A DNA stretch of 64,000 bases from assembly GCA_032718475.1 (NCBI GenBank), contig JAUCBJ010008366.1, positions 8,101 through 72,100 on the forward strand. Direction: 5' to 3'. Shown one piece after another: positions 38,355-52,119 of this stretch; the first letter of the stretch is position 1; the number at the start of each line of letters is the position of its first letter. A program made the translations under genes and the position numbers. Origin of the DNA: Nemertoderma westbladi (taxonomy: Eukaryota; Animalia; Xenacoelomorpha). Below the pieces are notes generated by a model. The model was not told where the DNA came from, ran no database searches, and saw only the letters and a program-made list of their open reading frames with translations.

Positions 38355-41300
38355 TAGGGCTCGATCGGAGCTCCGGCCTCCGGCTCCGGCTCCGGCCATT
38401 TTGGCACCTCCGGCTCCTGCTCCGGCTCCGGTAAAAATATTGCCGGAGTTAATTTTTTAATAAAGTATTATATTAGGCTATATTTTGTGTTTCGTGCATA
38501 TTCTAATCTGAACAATTATTTACACTATAAGTACTGTAGTACAGGAGTACAGCTTCAATATCAAGCATAATACTGCAGTATTTACTTAAAGTCAATGACT
38601 GACTGACTGTTGACTGTACACTGTACTGCAGTACTGGCAGACTGGTGACTGGCCAGCTGGCTGACTGGCAGACTATTACAGATAGGCCCTACTGTAAAAT
38701 ATTGTAAATGCTATGATTGTACACTGTACCACTGCAGTCATGCCAGCATACTGTACCGGTACTGCAGTACTGGTACACGTACGGTAGGCTACCTACAGCT
38801 ACAGTACACACCTCTACTGCTCTACCACAATTAGACAGTTAGTGAGTTAGGTACTGTAGGTAATTTTTAGCCGTCAGCGTCAGGCCGTCTGTCTGTGATA
38901 AATTAATTACTTAAATTTTAAATTGGAAATTCGTAAATTTATAAATTATGAAATAAATTAGACCTACAGTATGATTGATTATGAGCGATTGGCGAAAGAT
39001 AACCATATATACTTTATTTATTTTTTAATAAATAATTAAATTTTTAAAATTTTTGAAAAACTCCGGCTCCTGCTCCGGCAAAATTGTCCAACTCCGGCTC
39101 CGGCCAAATCCCAACTCCGATCGAGCCCTAGTCAGCAGTAGGGCTCGATCGGAGCTCTGGCCTCCGGCTCCGGCTCCGACCATTTTGGCACCTCCGGCTC
39201 CTGCTCCGGCTCCGGTAAAAATATTGCCGGAGTTAATTTTTTAATAAAGTATTATATTTCATGCATATTCTAATCTGAACAATTATTTACACTATAAGTA
39301 CAGAAGTACTGGATACTGTAGTACAGTACAGCTTCAATATCAATCATAATACTGCAGTATTTACTTAAAGTCAATGACTGACTGACTGTTGACTGTACTG
39401 CAGTACTGGTACTGGCTGACTGGCAGACTGGTGACTGGCCAGCTGGCTGACTGCAGACTATTACAGATAGGCCCTACTGTAAAAATTGTAAATGCTATGA
39501 TTGTATACTGTCGATTTGCATATTGTACACTGTCGATGAATGATTTACTGCTGTCATGCCAGCATACAGCTGTACAGGCATACTGTACTGCAGTACTGGT
39601 ACACGGTAGGCTACCTACAGCTATAGTACACACCCAACACCTCTACCACAATTAGACTTAGGTACTGTAGGTAATTTTTAGCCGTCAACGTCAGGCCGTC
39701 TGTCTGTGATAAATTAATTAGGCCTACCTGCCTACTTAAATTTTAAATTGAAAATCTATAAATTATGAAATTAATAAGACCTATAGTATGATTGATTATG
39801 AGCGATTGGCGAACGATAACCATACTTTATTTATTTTTTAATAAATAATTAAATTTTTGAAATTTTTGAAAAACTCCGGCTCCTGCTCCGGCTCCGGCCA
39901 AATTGTCCAACTCCGGCTCCTGCTCCGGCTCCGGCCAAATCCCAACTCCGATCGAGCCCTAGTCAGCAGGTTGTACCAGCTGACCTTTATTCCATGTTCC
40001 GGTATCCACTATCCCCAACAGCCCAATACTGCAAAACTGCTGTACCACTCCCTGACTGCAGTCATTTACTGCTGTCATGCCATCATACTGTACTGCAGTA
40101 CTGGTACACGTACGGTAGGCATAGGCTACCCAGCTTGCCAGCTACCTACAGCTACAGTACACACCTCTACCACAATTAGACAATTAGACTTAGGTACTGT
40201 CAGTTAGGAACACAACGCCCGATTTTGTCCTTTTGAACGCCCGATTTTGTCGGTAGAAATAGGCGTTTAGTACGCCAGATTATGTTTGGAACGCCAAAAT
40301 TTGGCGTTCCATATTTATGAAGTATTGCCCGACATAATCTGGCGTCCCATTTTTATCACAGTAGGTATTTTGAGTGACAGCGACCTAATCTGTGATCTGT
40401 ACAGCCTGGCTACAGCTCAGAGTAGCCTGGAGAGGTGGAGTGGAAACCCATTGGCTGATTGGCTTAATGTCTGGCATGGATGGTTTAAGATGGTGTGTGG
40501 TGGTGTAGCGGTATGAATTCCCTTTGAACTAATGAGGCTATGTATGTATGTATCCAGTGCAGGTGGCAGGAGGCAGGTGGTTGAGCTTAGCTTTTACAAT
40601 TTACCGGCATAGACTTTTTAGCTCTGATGTACATGAAGGATGAAGCACGAGCACAACATAAGCCAAACCTAACTTATTCTGTTATATCCGGAAATATGTA
40701 ATTACTCAATAATTAATTAATTAACTTATATTATATTTTAAATTAATTATTGTGAATGAATTCACAATAATTAAGTTAATTAATTTATTACCGTATTTTA
40801 TTTATATAGGTCTTAACTCAATAAGGTGTACTTCAATTCAAAGCTGCCCAAATGTCTGAATGTATTAATCTATTAATTTATTTACACGGTTGTTGCAGAA
40901 ATCCGCGTAAATACTTTAATGGAAGTCATGCAATTAACGTTTTTACTTATGCTGGTATGGCCGCTGTGGGCCACCATAGTCACAAAATATAATTTAAAAT
41001 TTATGACATTATCAGATTATACATTAAAATGGTCAAACAAAATAAACTGAAAAAAACTGAAAACATTAAACTCAAACAAAATAAACTGAAAAAAACTGAA
41101 AACATTAAACTATCTGGCCAAAGATACATGGCACACGGCACAGGCACATAGTCAAACCAACATCTATTGATGTAATAATACACGCACACACCCAGCACAC
41201 CTGCATACATAATACCCCAATCTGTAGGTGTGAAAGAAAAGCCAGGTCACATCTGCCCTCTATTCATTAACCTTCCCCAGACTTTGGGCGCCAGTAAGCT

Positions 41301-42042
41301 ATACCTTACAAACAGTCAACCCAGCCATAGGCAAGCCATCCCTTTATAATTAGCCTAGATCAGTCTCGCACCTATTACAGCGCTCAGCACAGGATACCTA
41401 CTGTCTGACTGTCAATCAATAAACACCCCAAGGACATAATCTGGCGTTCCTTTTTCTGTGGACATAATTTGGCGTTCCATTACGCCCAATTCTGATAATA
41501 TTTTAAAAGTGAGATAACTTTTTATTCCGTAAGCAATATTTTTTCTTACGAGGTGAAATGTCATTATATTTTGCAAGGAATTCAGTGGTATAAATTTTAA
41601 AATGCGACAATTTTGTATCAAATGCGCTTAGCATTCTTATTTTTTCCTATGTTAGTCTATGGGGAAAATGCAGCAAGATTCGTTCTGGCGACGCCAAATT
41701 TTGGCGTTCAAAAGGACAAAATCGGGCGTTGTGTTCCTAACTGACTGTAGGTAATTTTTAGCCGTCAGCGTCAGGCCGTCTGCAGGTCTGTCTGTGATAA
41801 ATTAATTACTTAAATTTTAAATTGAAAATCTATAAATTATGAAATTAATAAGACCTACAGTATGATTGATTATGAGCGATTGGCGAACGATAACCATAGG
41901 CCATAGGCCTACTTTATTTATTTTTTAATAAATAATTAAAGTTTTAAAATTTTTGAAAAACTCCGGCTCCGGCTCCGGCCAAATTGTCCAACTCCGGCTC
42001 CTGCTCCGGCTCCGGCCAAATCCCAACTCCGATCGAGCCCTA
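38355..42042 (+). mobile_element. Composite of tandem hAT-like MITEs moved as one unit
   Basis: MITEs at 38355-39130 and 39139-39961 plus a partial third ending 42042; outer 8-bp TSD CTTAACAA (38347-38354, 42043-42050). Confidence 0.85.
40201..41743. mobile_element. Non-autonomous DNA transposon, 41-bp TIR CAGTTAGGAACACAACGCCCG..., 5-bp TSD ACTGT
   Basis: Perfect TIRs; the empty site is visible in paralogous MITE copies. Confidence 0.92.
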
Positions 42043-42050
42043 CTTAACAA

Positions 42051-43870
42051 CCGTTTCAACAGTCCTTTTCAGTATTTCCCATGCTGCACGAAGGCCTCTG
42101 AATTGTTTCAACAATTCGTGTTTGCATGGTTGGAAAATTGCGACGATCGCAAAGGCTTCAGAACAGTTTCAAAACCTTTTACAGTTTCAAAGCATTTCAC
42201 ATGCTGCGCAAAGGCCTGTTCTTTTCAGCATTTATCATGCTGCATGAAGGATTCTGAACAATTTTATGAGCTCTTCTCAGTATTTATCATGCTTCACGAG
42301 GGCTTTTAACAGTTTTAACAGCTCTTTTCAGCATTTCTCATGCTGCACGAAGGCCTCTAAATAGATTCGACAGCTATTTTCGGCATTCTCATACTGCACG
42401 AAGGCCTCTGAATTGTTTCAACAATTCGTGTTTGCATGGTTGGAAAATTGCGACGATCGCAAAGGCTTCAGAACAGTTTCAAAACCTTTTACAGTTTCAA
42501 AGCATTTCACATGCTGCGCAAAGGCCTGTTCTTTTCAGCATTTATCATGCTGCATGAAGGATTTTGAACATTTTTATGAGCTCTTCTCAGTATTTATCAT
42601 GCTTCACGAGGGCTTTTAACAGTTTTAACAGCTCTTTTCAGCATTTCTCATGCTGCACGAAGGCCTCTAAATAGATTCGACAGCTATTTTCGGCATTCTC
42701 ATACTGCACTAAGTCCTCTGAACAACTTCAAATGTTATTTTCAGCATTTATCATGCTGCCTTGAGGACTCTGAACAGTTTTATCAGCTCTTTTCAGTATT
42801 TATCATGCTGCATGAAGGCCTTTTAGCAGTTTTAACAGCCCTTTTCAGCATTTGTCATGCTGCACGAACAGACGAAGGCATCTGAACAGTTTCAACAGCT
42901 ATTTTCGGCATTGTCATATTATATTGCACAAAGCCCTCTGAACAACTTCAAATGTTATTTTCAGCATTTATCATGCTGCATGAAGGACTCTGAACTGAAC
43001 AGTTTTATCAGCTCTTTTCAGTATTTCTCATGCTGCATGAAGGCCTTTTAGCAGTTTCAACAGCCCTTTTCAGCATTTATCATGCTGCACGAAGGCCTCT
43101 CAACAGTTTCAACAGCTATTTTCGGCATGCTCATATTGCACAAAGCACTCTGAACAACTTCAAATGTTATTTTCAGCATTTATAATGCTGCATGAAGCCA
43201 TGAAGGACTCTGAACAGTTTTATAACTTTCAACAGCAATTTTCAGCATTTCTCATGTTGCACGCACGAAGCCATCTGAACAATTTCAACTGTTATTTTCA
43301 GCATTTATCATGCTGCATGAAGAACTCTGAACAGTTTTATCAACTCTTTTCAGTATTTCACATTCTGTGCGAAGGCCTGAAAGTTTCAAAACTTATTTTC
43401 AATCCTTCTCAAGCTGCTCGAAGACCTCTGAACAGTTTCAACAGCTCTTTTCAGCATTTATCATGCTGCACAAAGCTCTGAATATTTTCAACAACTCTTT
43501 TCAGCGTTTATCATGCTGCACAAAGGTCTCTGAGCAGCTTTGAGAGATCTTTTTATGTATTTTTCAAACTGCAGAACTGTGCGAAGGCCCCTGGGCAGTT
43601 TTATCAGTTCTTTTCAGTTTTTCTCATGATACATGAAACCCTCTGAACAATTTCAACTGCACTTTTCGGCATTTATCATGCTGCACAAAGAACTCTGAAT
43701 AGTTTTAGTAGCTCTTTTTCAATATTTAACATGCTGGGCGAAGGCCTGAATAGTTTCAAAAGCTCTTTTCAGTATTTATAATGCAGCAAGCAGCAATAAT
43801 GCCTCTAACTAAAGCGTTTTGACAGCTCGTTTCAGTATTTGTGATGCTACTTGAAAGCCTCTAAATAGAT
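42051..43870. repeat. Diverged ~52-bp satellite
   Basis: Unit ~CAGCATTTATCATGCTGCACGAAGGCCTCTGAACAGTTTCAACAGCTCTTTT; includes a recent ~310-bp higher-order duplication (~42085-42700). Confidence 0.9.
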
Positions 43871-44376
43871 TTGGTGGGGGTGAAATGAACATAAGAACCC
43901 AGTGTCCATGTCAATATTGACATTAAATGTCAATATTGACATGCAATAAAATATATCATTAAAATTATTACAAACAACAATATACATTGGTTGGATTCAA
44001 CAATATTTTAATTAAAATAGATATTCTCTTTACAAAAAAACATTTTTTACTTTTCAAATGACAATATTTAAAAAATTTATGATCAAAACATGTCAATATT
44101 GACATCATGTCAATTTTGACAGGAAACATGTCAATATTGACAACATGTCAATATTGACAAAGTGCCCGACTGTCAGACTGCAGTCTAGTCCACTAGCCCA
44201 ATCGGGAAACACAGGCATTTCCAGATTGGGCAATAAATGTTTCCTGATCGGGAAAAATTAACATAAACATTTCTGCGCATTGACTGGTTAGGATGCGCAT
44301 TACAGACTACAGTTGAGGTGTAGGGGTAATCAACTGTCCCTAGTGACCAATGGGTTTGATGCTCATTATGTACTTT

Positions 44377-45772
44377 CAGTTAGGTACAATGGCCAAATCT
44401 GGCAATGATCGTGATTGCCATATTTGGCAACCAAGCAAAATCTGGCAACAATTCTGATTGCCTGATTTGGCAACTATATAAAGCCGTTGTTGCCATATTT
44501 GGCAACTTAACTAACTCATTGAATATGGATTTTATGGTTCTGCGTCATTAAGTCCTTCTATGGCAGTATGGTCATTCCTTAGATCCTGAAATGTTAAAGG
44601 CAAAGGCAGAAAGGGGTACAGCGTACAGGTTATACTTATACCAGTAGTGGCATATTCTAAGTTCTAACCAATACAGCAATATATCCTAATAAATGAGGTG
44701 AGAATGAGAGTCAATAACACAAACACAGACTGACTGGTGATAGTTTTTTTTGCTCTTTTGAGATTTTTGCTAGTAATCTCTGGCGCTGCTTGGGGAGGTG
44801 GTTGATTGTTGTTTGTACCAATAATAGTTTAGTAGTTAATGATTGTAACTGTGTAATGCTGATACTATTGCCCAGTAATCTAAATCATCCTTCACTCTAT
44901 ATCAGTTCAGTATATCTATCTTTCCATTCCTACATCTCAGTATACAGACATATTATGAAAATAATTTCATCCCGTTTTTCATTAGCTGATTAGGGCCTAC
45001 TAGAAACAATTTGTTGAATCCCTTAACCTGTTAACACAGTAACACGCGTTTTGGTTTTCTCAGTCTTTCTAAATTTTGACACTATTTTTCTTCCGTCACG
45101 CCGTTTCTCAAACTTTAATGCCCCCTTGCCTTCTTGCTGCCTTTTGGCATTTGGTGATGTTAACGTTCTGACGTTGTCAAATATTATTACGTTTATTTCC
45201 ATTTCAGCCTTTGAAGCATGTGATTCTTTAGATTTGTTTATGCCTATACCATAGGCAGATATGGCCTATACCAGTCTACCAGTACGGTATCTGTTACAAC
45301 TCATCCATCTGTCCATTAACATATTAACAGCATATCAAATAGGCCTACATTCTGACATTTCATCAACTAATAATGTTTATAAATCATCACAACTCGACAA
45401 GGGTAAGCAAGCAGTAAGCAATTTTGAAGTAATTTACAATGACAGAGTTACTGACAGGGCTGCACAATAATAATTGTTGCCAAAAATGGCAACCATTATT
45501 TTTCTTTAATTCTAATGGTTGCCAAAAATGGCAATAACTATTTTAGGCACATTTTGGCCTATTGCTAAGAGAAATTCAGACGATGATTTTTTTTCTTATA
45601 CGGTCAATTATATTTAAATTTCGCGCTCTTTTCACTTAACTATTTACCAAAATGCGATTTTGCTTCTGGGCGTGCGAAAATTAGAAAAACCAAAAGTTGC
45701 CAGATTTGGCAATAAACATTGCCATATGTGGCAACTTTTGAGGTTGCCAGATTTGGCCATTGTACCTAACTG
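44377..45772. mobile_element. Nested element, CAGTTAGGTACAATGGCCAAATCTGGCAA TIR
   Basis: 29-bp perfect TIRs; flanks ACTTT/ACCTT (5-bp TSD with one mismatch). Confidence 0.85.
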
Positions 45773-46474
45773 ACCTTTGCTGCTTTAAATTGCAATGTTT
45801 AATATAAGTTAATAAATCTAAGTTTCCTGATCAGGAAATATATTATTGCCAGATCGGGAAACATTTTAATATTTCCATAAATGTTTTATTGCCAGATCAG
45901 GAAACATATAACAATATCTTGATATTCATAACTATTGGCTGACTGGCAGACTGGTACAGGAACTATAGGGCCTACTGCTATAGGCTGATAGCTAAAACCT
46001 TCAGTCTGACAGTACCTACCGGTACATATTGTTGCTATATATATATTGTCAAACAGTCTACTGGCTGACTGGACTGGCAGGTCCATATACCTGACTGCAG
46101 TTGAGATTGAGATTATTTATTGAGGACTAATATAGTATTGGAACGAAACAACAACTGGTAAAGATATGCAAGACCAACTGAAAGTATTTAACAAGGATTT
46201 AACACAAAGCACCAAACACCAAATCGAATAAGTTAAAATCACAAATTGAATTTTAAAAAGAATAAGTATATATGTTTGTTTAAATAAAAGCTTGGTAACA
46301 CAAATTAATTAAAATCACGAATCAAATTTAGGAATGTATGCAGGCTAAGTTAAAAGTTAAAATCACGCTTAAAATACAGAAATCACTTCAAAATCAAACC
46401 TAAAATCACTTTAAAATCACGCTTAAAATCGCATTAAAATTACGCTTAAAATCACTTTAAAATCACAGGTATAT

Positions 46475-49400
46475 CAGTCGGTGAGAAGTCAAAAATTGGA
46501 CTTGAGTCCAAAATTGGACTTCGACTCCAGTTCAAGTCCAAATTTGGACTTCTGTGAGTCCAATATTGGACTTCAAATCAGCCAATTGTTCCAGGGCCTT
46601 GGGTAATTGGATCGGGCGGGATTTTTTTTTTTTAATCGAAAGTATATCAAAAAATAAGAGTTTTGAACAGGGGGACCTGAAATTCACCAGGGGGAACTTT
46701 TTTTATAAGGCTTTGAATTATTACAAAAGTCCAATATTGGACTTTAAGTCCAATTTTGGACGTGACATTATTGTTATGTTATGTTATTTAGTTTAAGTTA
46801 TGGAAAGTTACCTTTGCAGCTCTGTACCGCTATGTATCTTCCTGTCTTCAGCGTACTGTACTTAGAATATAATGCTACATTCTAGCATTCTAGGTACTTT
46901 GTACTTTACACTTTACATTAGTATATTGTTTAGTTTACATTCATGTTATGTCTAACCTTACAGCCTTATGTACCCAGGACTTTAGAGTCTTTAGGACTAG
47001 ATTGGATTATGCTCCAACAAATATTTAATTACAAATTATATTTGGTGGAAACTGGTAGCAATGCCAGGTTTGCCAACTGCAGCTGCTGCTAAGGCTAACT
47101 ACAGTAGGCCTACAAGCTACGATTTCGTCTAAGCCTATGGCAGTATGGGAGCCCTCAGATAGAAATACTGCAAGTTGATGCTACCACCATCTCTTCTAAT
47201 TTTTCCATACAACAGGAAGGGTATTTTAAAACGGCTGGATAATGAAAGGGGATTAACTGATTAACGTGTTGGGGTCTCCACATAATAAAACATGAACCAA
47301 TTGAGGGAAAGGAACAGGTTACACAGAGGCAGGCTTTTCTAACTAAAACAATAAACGGCCACTTTTGACTTTACCAATTGAAGGAGCCCTATCACCACAT
47401 AGAGACATAGGGCATGTGCTTATACATACAGAAGCCCTCGGGCTTTTCTAACCAACTACTACTACAATCGGCATGCTGCATTATATATATAGGCCCTATT
47501 AAGAATGAAGTGCCGGCTTGTTGACAAAATTGCGCCTCCACAACTCCCTTACAGCCTTATCACCCATGACATTTGTTAGATCATCCGCATCTTCAAGGCC
47601 AGTGTCCTTTAAGACAGTAAGAAAGATGCATCGCAAGAAAGTCATGGGCTGTCCACCATGCTTATTCACTCCATGAGGTGCACTGGCTGGTCCTCACAGC
47701 GAAAGCAATGTCCTGCAAAGTGCAAAGCGGAGGCGGCTTTGTTCTAGTGTCAAGCTTGGGGGAACCAATGAGACATCTCCAACTCCAATGTTATATTATA
47801 GCGTCTGGTTGGAGATGTGTGCATTTTACTTGACACAGTGAACCTAATCAAAACAATTAGTCAATAAGCATTAACTCAATAACATAATGGGTTACGTTAC
47901 GGTTTACAGTAGTCTTATTTTTGCCTTACGAAAATACCACAGGTATGTGTATGAATGAACTATACAGCTATAAACCCAACTACCGCGGTACGGTATACAC
48001 CGCTAAGGCAGTAAGGCTACCGCAAAGTCATACCACTACCGCAAAAAGTAACTACTGATGTCTGACTGTGACTGTATGTATGCGATCCCTGCTTATAATA
48101 CTTAGAATAATTAATTTGATCATTCAAATAATGTTGCATTGTAATTATGTAATATGCATGATATGTATGTACTGACAGTCGGTGAGAAGTCAAAAATTGG
48201 ACTTCAAGTCCAATTTTAGACTTCAAGTCCAATTTTGGACTCCAAAGTCCAATATTGGACTTTAGTACAACTCCAAGTGTACCGGTACCCATGCTGCCAT
48301 ACTGTATATCGGATCGGTATTTAAATCAAAACTGCATCCCGTATCAGTACATATATATTACATAATTACAATGCAACATTATTTTAATGATCAAATTGTA
48401 TTGAAAAATGTATTATAAACAGGGATCGCACACGTACAGTCAGACATTTGTAGTTACTTTTTGCGGTAGTGGTATAGCTTTGCGGTAGCCTTACTGCCTT
48501 AGCGGTGTATACCGCGGTAGCGTAGTTGAGTTATAGCTGTATAGTTCATTCATACCCATACCGGTACTGCCATACCTGTGGTATTTTCGTATGGCAAAAA
48601 TAAGACTACTGTAAACTGTAACCTATTATGTTATTGAGTTAATGTTTATTGACTAATTGTTTTGATTAGGTTCACTGTGTCAAGTACAATGCACACATCT
48701 CTGCATCTCCAACCAGACACTATATAACATTGGAGTTGGAGGTGTCTCATTCAGTCATTGGTTCCCCCAAGCTTGACACTAGAACAAAGCCGCCTCCGCT
48801 TTGCAGGACATCGCTTTAAAACGTGAGGACCAGCCAGTGCACCTCATGGAGTGAATAAGCATGGTGGACAGCCCATGACTTTCTTGAGACGCATCTTTCT
48901 TACTGTCTTAAAGGACACTGGCCTTGAAGATGTGGACTGGCGGATGATCTAGCAAATGTCATGGGTGATAAGGCTGTAAGTGGTAAGAGTGTAAGGGAGT
49001 TGTGGAGGCGCACTTTTGTCTGTTTGTCAACAAGCCGGCACAGCATTCTTAATACATAATAGGGCCTATACTGCTATATATATAATGCAGCTGCAATGAA
49101 TCATGCCGATTGTAGTAGTAGTATGTCAGTATGTGGTGAGATTATAGGGCTCCTTCAATTGGTAAAGTCAAAAGTGGCCGTTTATTGTTTTAGTTAGAAA
49201 AGCCTGCCTCTGTAACCTGTTCCTTTCCCTCAATTGGTTTATGATTATGACGTGTGTTACTTGTTACTTCTGTACTTATTATGTGGAGACCCCAACGCGT
49301 TAATCAGTTACTAATCCCATTTCATTATCCTGTTATCCAGCTGTTTTATAATACCCTTCCTGTTGTATGGAAAAATTAGAAGAGATGGTGGTAGCATCAA

Positions 49401-50303
49401 CTTGTAGTATTTCTTTCTGATAGGGCTCCCATAGCCTTAGACGAAATCGTAGCTTGTACTGTAGTTAGCCTTAGCAGCAGCTGCAGTTGGCTAACCTCGC
49501 ATTGCTACCAGTTTCCACCAAACATAATTTGTAATTAAATATTTGTTGGAGCATAATCTAATCTATTCCTAAAGACACTATAAAGTCCTGGGTACATAAG
49601 GCTGTAAGGTTAGACATAACATGAATGTAAATTGTGAACTAAACAATATGCTAAAAGTAAAGTACAAAGTACTTAGAATGCTAGAACGCAGGAATGTACC
49701 ATTATATTCTAAGTACAGTACAGTCAGTACACTGAAGATACATACAGAGCTGCAAAGGTAACTTTCCATAACTTAACAGCTGTATGGCTGTCTCTCATCT
49801 GTCATGCTTCATGTACCTTTAAGTTCGATTCTCAATGTCACGTCCAAAATTGGACTTAAAGTCCAATATTGGACTTTTGTAAAAATTCAAAGCCTTATAA
49901 AAAAGTTCCCCCTGGTGAATTTCAGGTCCCCCTGTTCAAAACTCTTATTTTTTTATATATTTTCGATTAAAGAAAAAAAATCCCGCCCGATCCTATTGCC
50001 CAAGGCCCTGGAACAATTGGCTGATTTGAAGTCCAATATTGGACTCACAGAAGTCCAATTTTGGACTTGAACTGGAGTCGAAGTCCAATTTTGGACTCAA
50101 GTCCAATTTTTGACTTCTCACCGACTGACTGACTGACTGATGCGGGATGCAGTTTTGATTTAAATACCGATATATACAGTATAGCAGTATGGGTACACTT
50201 GAGTTGTGTTGTACTAAAGTCCAATATTGGACTTCAGAGTCCAAAATTGGACTTGAAGTCTAAAATTGGACTTGAAGTCCAATTTTTGACTTCTCACCGA
50301 CTG
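46475..50303 (+). mobile_element. CAGTCGGTGAGAAG element (outer copy), 5-bp TSD TATAT
   Basis: TIRs with AAGTCCAAWWTTGGACTT palindromic repeats; TSD at 46470-46474 and 50304-50308. Confidence 0.88.
48176..50127 (-). mobile_element. Second copy of the same element, inserted inverted inside the first; TSD ACTGA
   Basis: TIRs at 48176 and 50127; TSD at 48171-48175 and 50128-50132; interior is the reverse complement of the outer copy. Confidence 0.88.
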
Positions 50304-51799
50304 TATATTAGCCTCGAGGAATGCCCCTTGCAGCCTTGTGCCTTGAGGTAAAGCCCCAGTCTCCCAGGGGGTCCTCGTTAAAAAGTATATTAAAAATAAA
50401 ATTGAACTGCCATTTAAATAGTTATAGGTGATGATCTTAAAAATAGTTCTATGTTAGTGGTTAGTGTTAACTCCTCAACTACGATTGGCAACCAGTAGGT
50501 GTAAGGTAACTGCTCCACGTCACGACGTCAGGTACTGCTACTGGCACTCCAGCCAGAATAACCGAAAATGATCCACTCTAAGAAGTAATCCTGTGACCAG
50601 TAGTACAAGTGCAACATAGCAAGTGCAATTATTCCCCAGAAGTTCACCCAGAATACCTGTAGTTCAGAACCAGACACCTACCATTGTTGAATCGTGATTT
50701 AGCACAGTACAATCAAAAGTTCTTTTAGGATACATAATGAATAATTATACCGGGTATCACTATTGAATTTAACAGTTTAATATATTATAATTATATTAAT
50801 AATCATTGGCCTACCACAATAAACATAAGAAATACCCACCAGTCAGCCAGTAATGTAAACAGCCTAACATTAATTAATCTGGAAATGGTAAATTATAGTT
50901 GCATTGATAGAAATTCATTAGGCTATTTCCCAATCGGGCAATTGCAATTTTCCCGATCGGGCAACAATAATTGTTTCCCGATTGGGCTAGTGGACCAGAC
51001 TGGACTGTGAGTGAGGAGAAAAAGTCGAAACCGACATCGAAGGGTGCTGCAGGAGGTGATACGGGGTTGGCAACTGACTTGAGCCTGTAGAGCCGAAATG
51101 TTCAGTAACTACATCTTCAAATGATTATAAATCGAGTAATTATAACAAACCAAAGTCTAGTTCCCGATCGGGATATGCTGATATGTAAATATCCCGATCG
51201 GGATAGGAAACCCTACTGGTGGTACAAAATAGGCCTACTAAACCAGTAAACAGCTAAACTGCTAAATGCTGAAACAGTGAAATGACTAACCTGCGAGGTG
51301 CTGAGCAGCTGAGCGCTGCTGAGGCAGTGAGGTGAGAGGTACTGAGGCTGTGAGGTCAGGAGGTAAACTTTCCAGGAACTGCTGACAGGCTGATGGCTGA
51401 CAACGTGACAGCGTGACGGGCTGAACTGAGGAACAAAAATCCAGATATTTCAGAATCACAGAATCAGTTAATCCATAGGCCTACAGCAAAACCCATGAAA
51501 CTGGAAACCGGTGCAGTCAGGCAGTTGTAGGAGGAGCAGCAGTGTCTGCAGGTCTGTGCTGTCGTGGCCACTGCTCGTGCAATCGTGCTGTGCCAGTCAG
51601 TTAGTCTGCCGACAGTGCAGTACTGCAGTACAAGTACTGCTGCAGTGCTGCACGGTACTGTGGTAGCGGTAGGTAGTGTTATATCAGTATATGGTTAAAC
51701 GAACTTAGATCCTGCAAGGCCTGACCTTGATGAACTTAGATTTTTGCGAACTTAGGTCGTACTGTATATAGGCCAATGCCAACATACAGACATAGATCC

Positions 51800-51923
51800 A
51801 ATCTGGGTGAACTTAAATCCTAACTAGGTGAACTTAGATCCTAACTAGGTGAACTTAGATCCTAACTTCGTGAACTTAGATCCTAACTAGGTGAACTTAG
51901 ATCCTAACTAGGTGAACTTGGAT
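51800..51923. repeat. 21-bp repeat GAACTTAGATCCTAACTAGGT (left part of an interrupted array)
   Basis: The same array resumes at ~62420. Confidence 0.85.
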
Positions 51924-52119
51924 TTGTAACAGTAATTGTAATTGTAATAGACACTTGTGGCAGTATAATATCCAGGCAGTAGTTAGCCTACACCAGTATG
52001 CAACATGCCAGGTCATAGGCTACTCCTACTCTAATACTTGTCCGAGTATATGGCAAAACTCAGTAGGTCCTGAGTATGTAAGTGGCACCGCCACATGACC
52101 CCCCCAGACTCGGAAAGAG

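Larger units (their letters stand above)
37316..44172. mobile_element. Non-autonomous DNA transposon, CAGTCGGGCACTTTG TIR, palindromic TGTCAATATTGACA subterminal repeats
   Basis: TIRs at both ends; TSD TGAGT at 37311-37315, with its partner displaced to 51008-51012 by a later insertion. Confidence 0.82.
44181..51002. mobile_element. Non-autonomous DNA transposon, CAGTCTRGTCCACTAGCCCAATCGGGAAAC TIR, 5-bp TSD GACTG
   Basis: 30-bp TIRs with one mismatch; TSD at 44176-44180 and 51003-51007. Confidence 0.88.
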
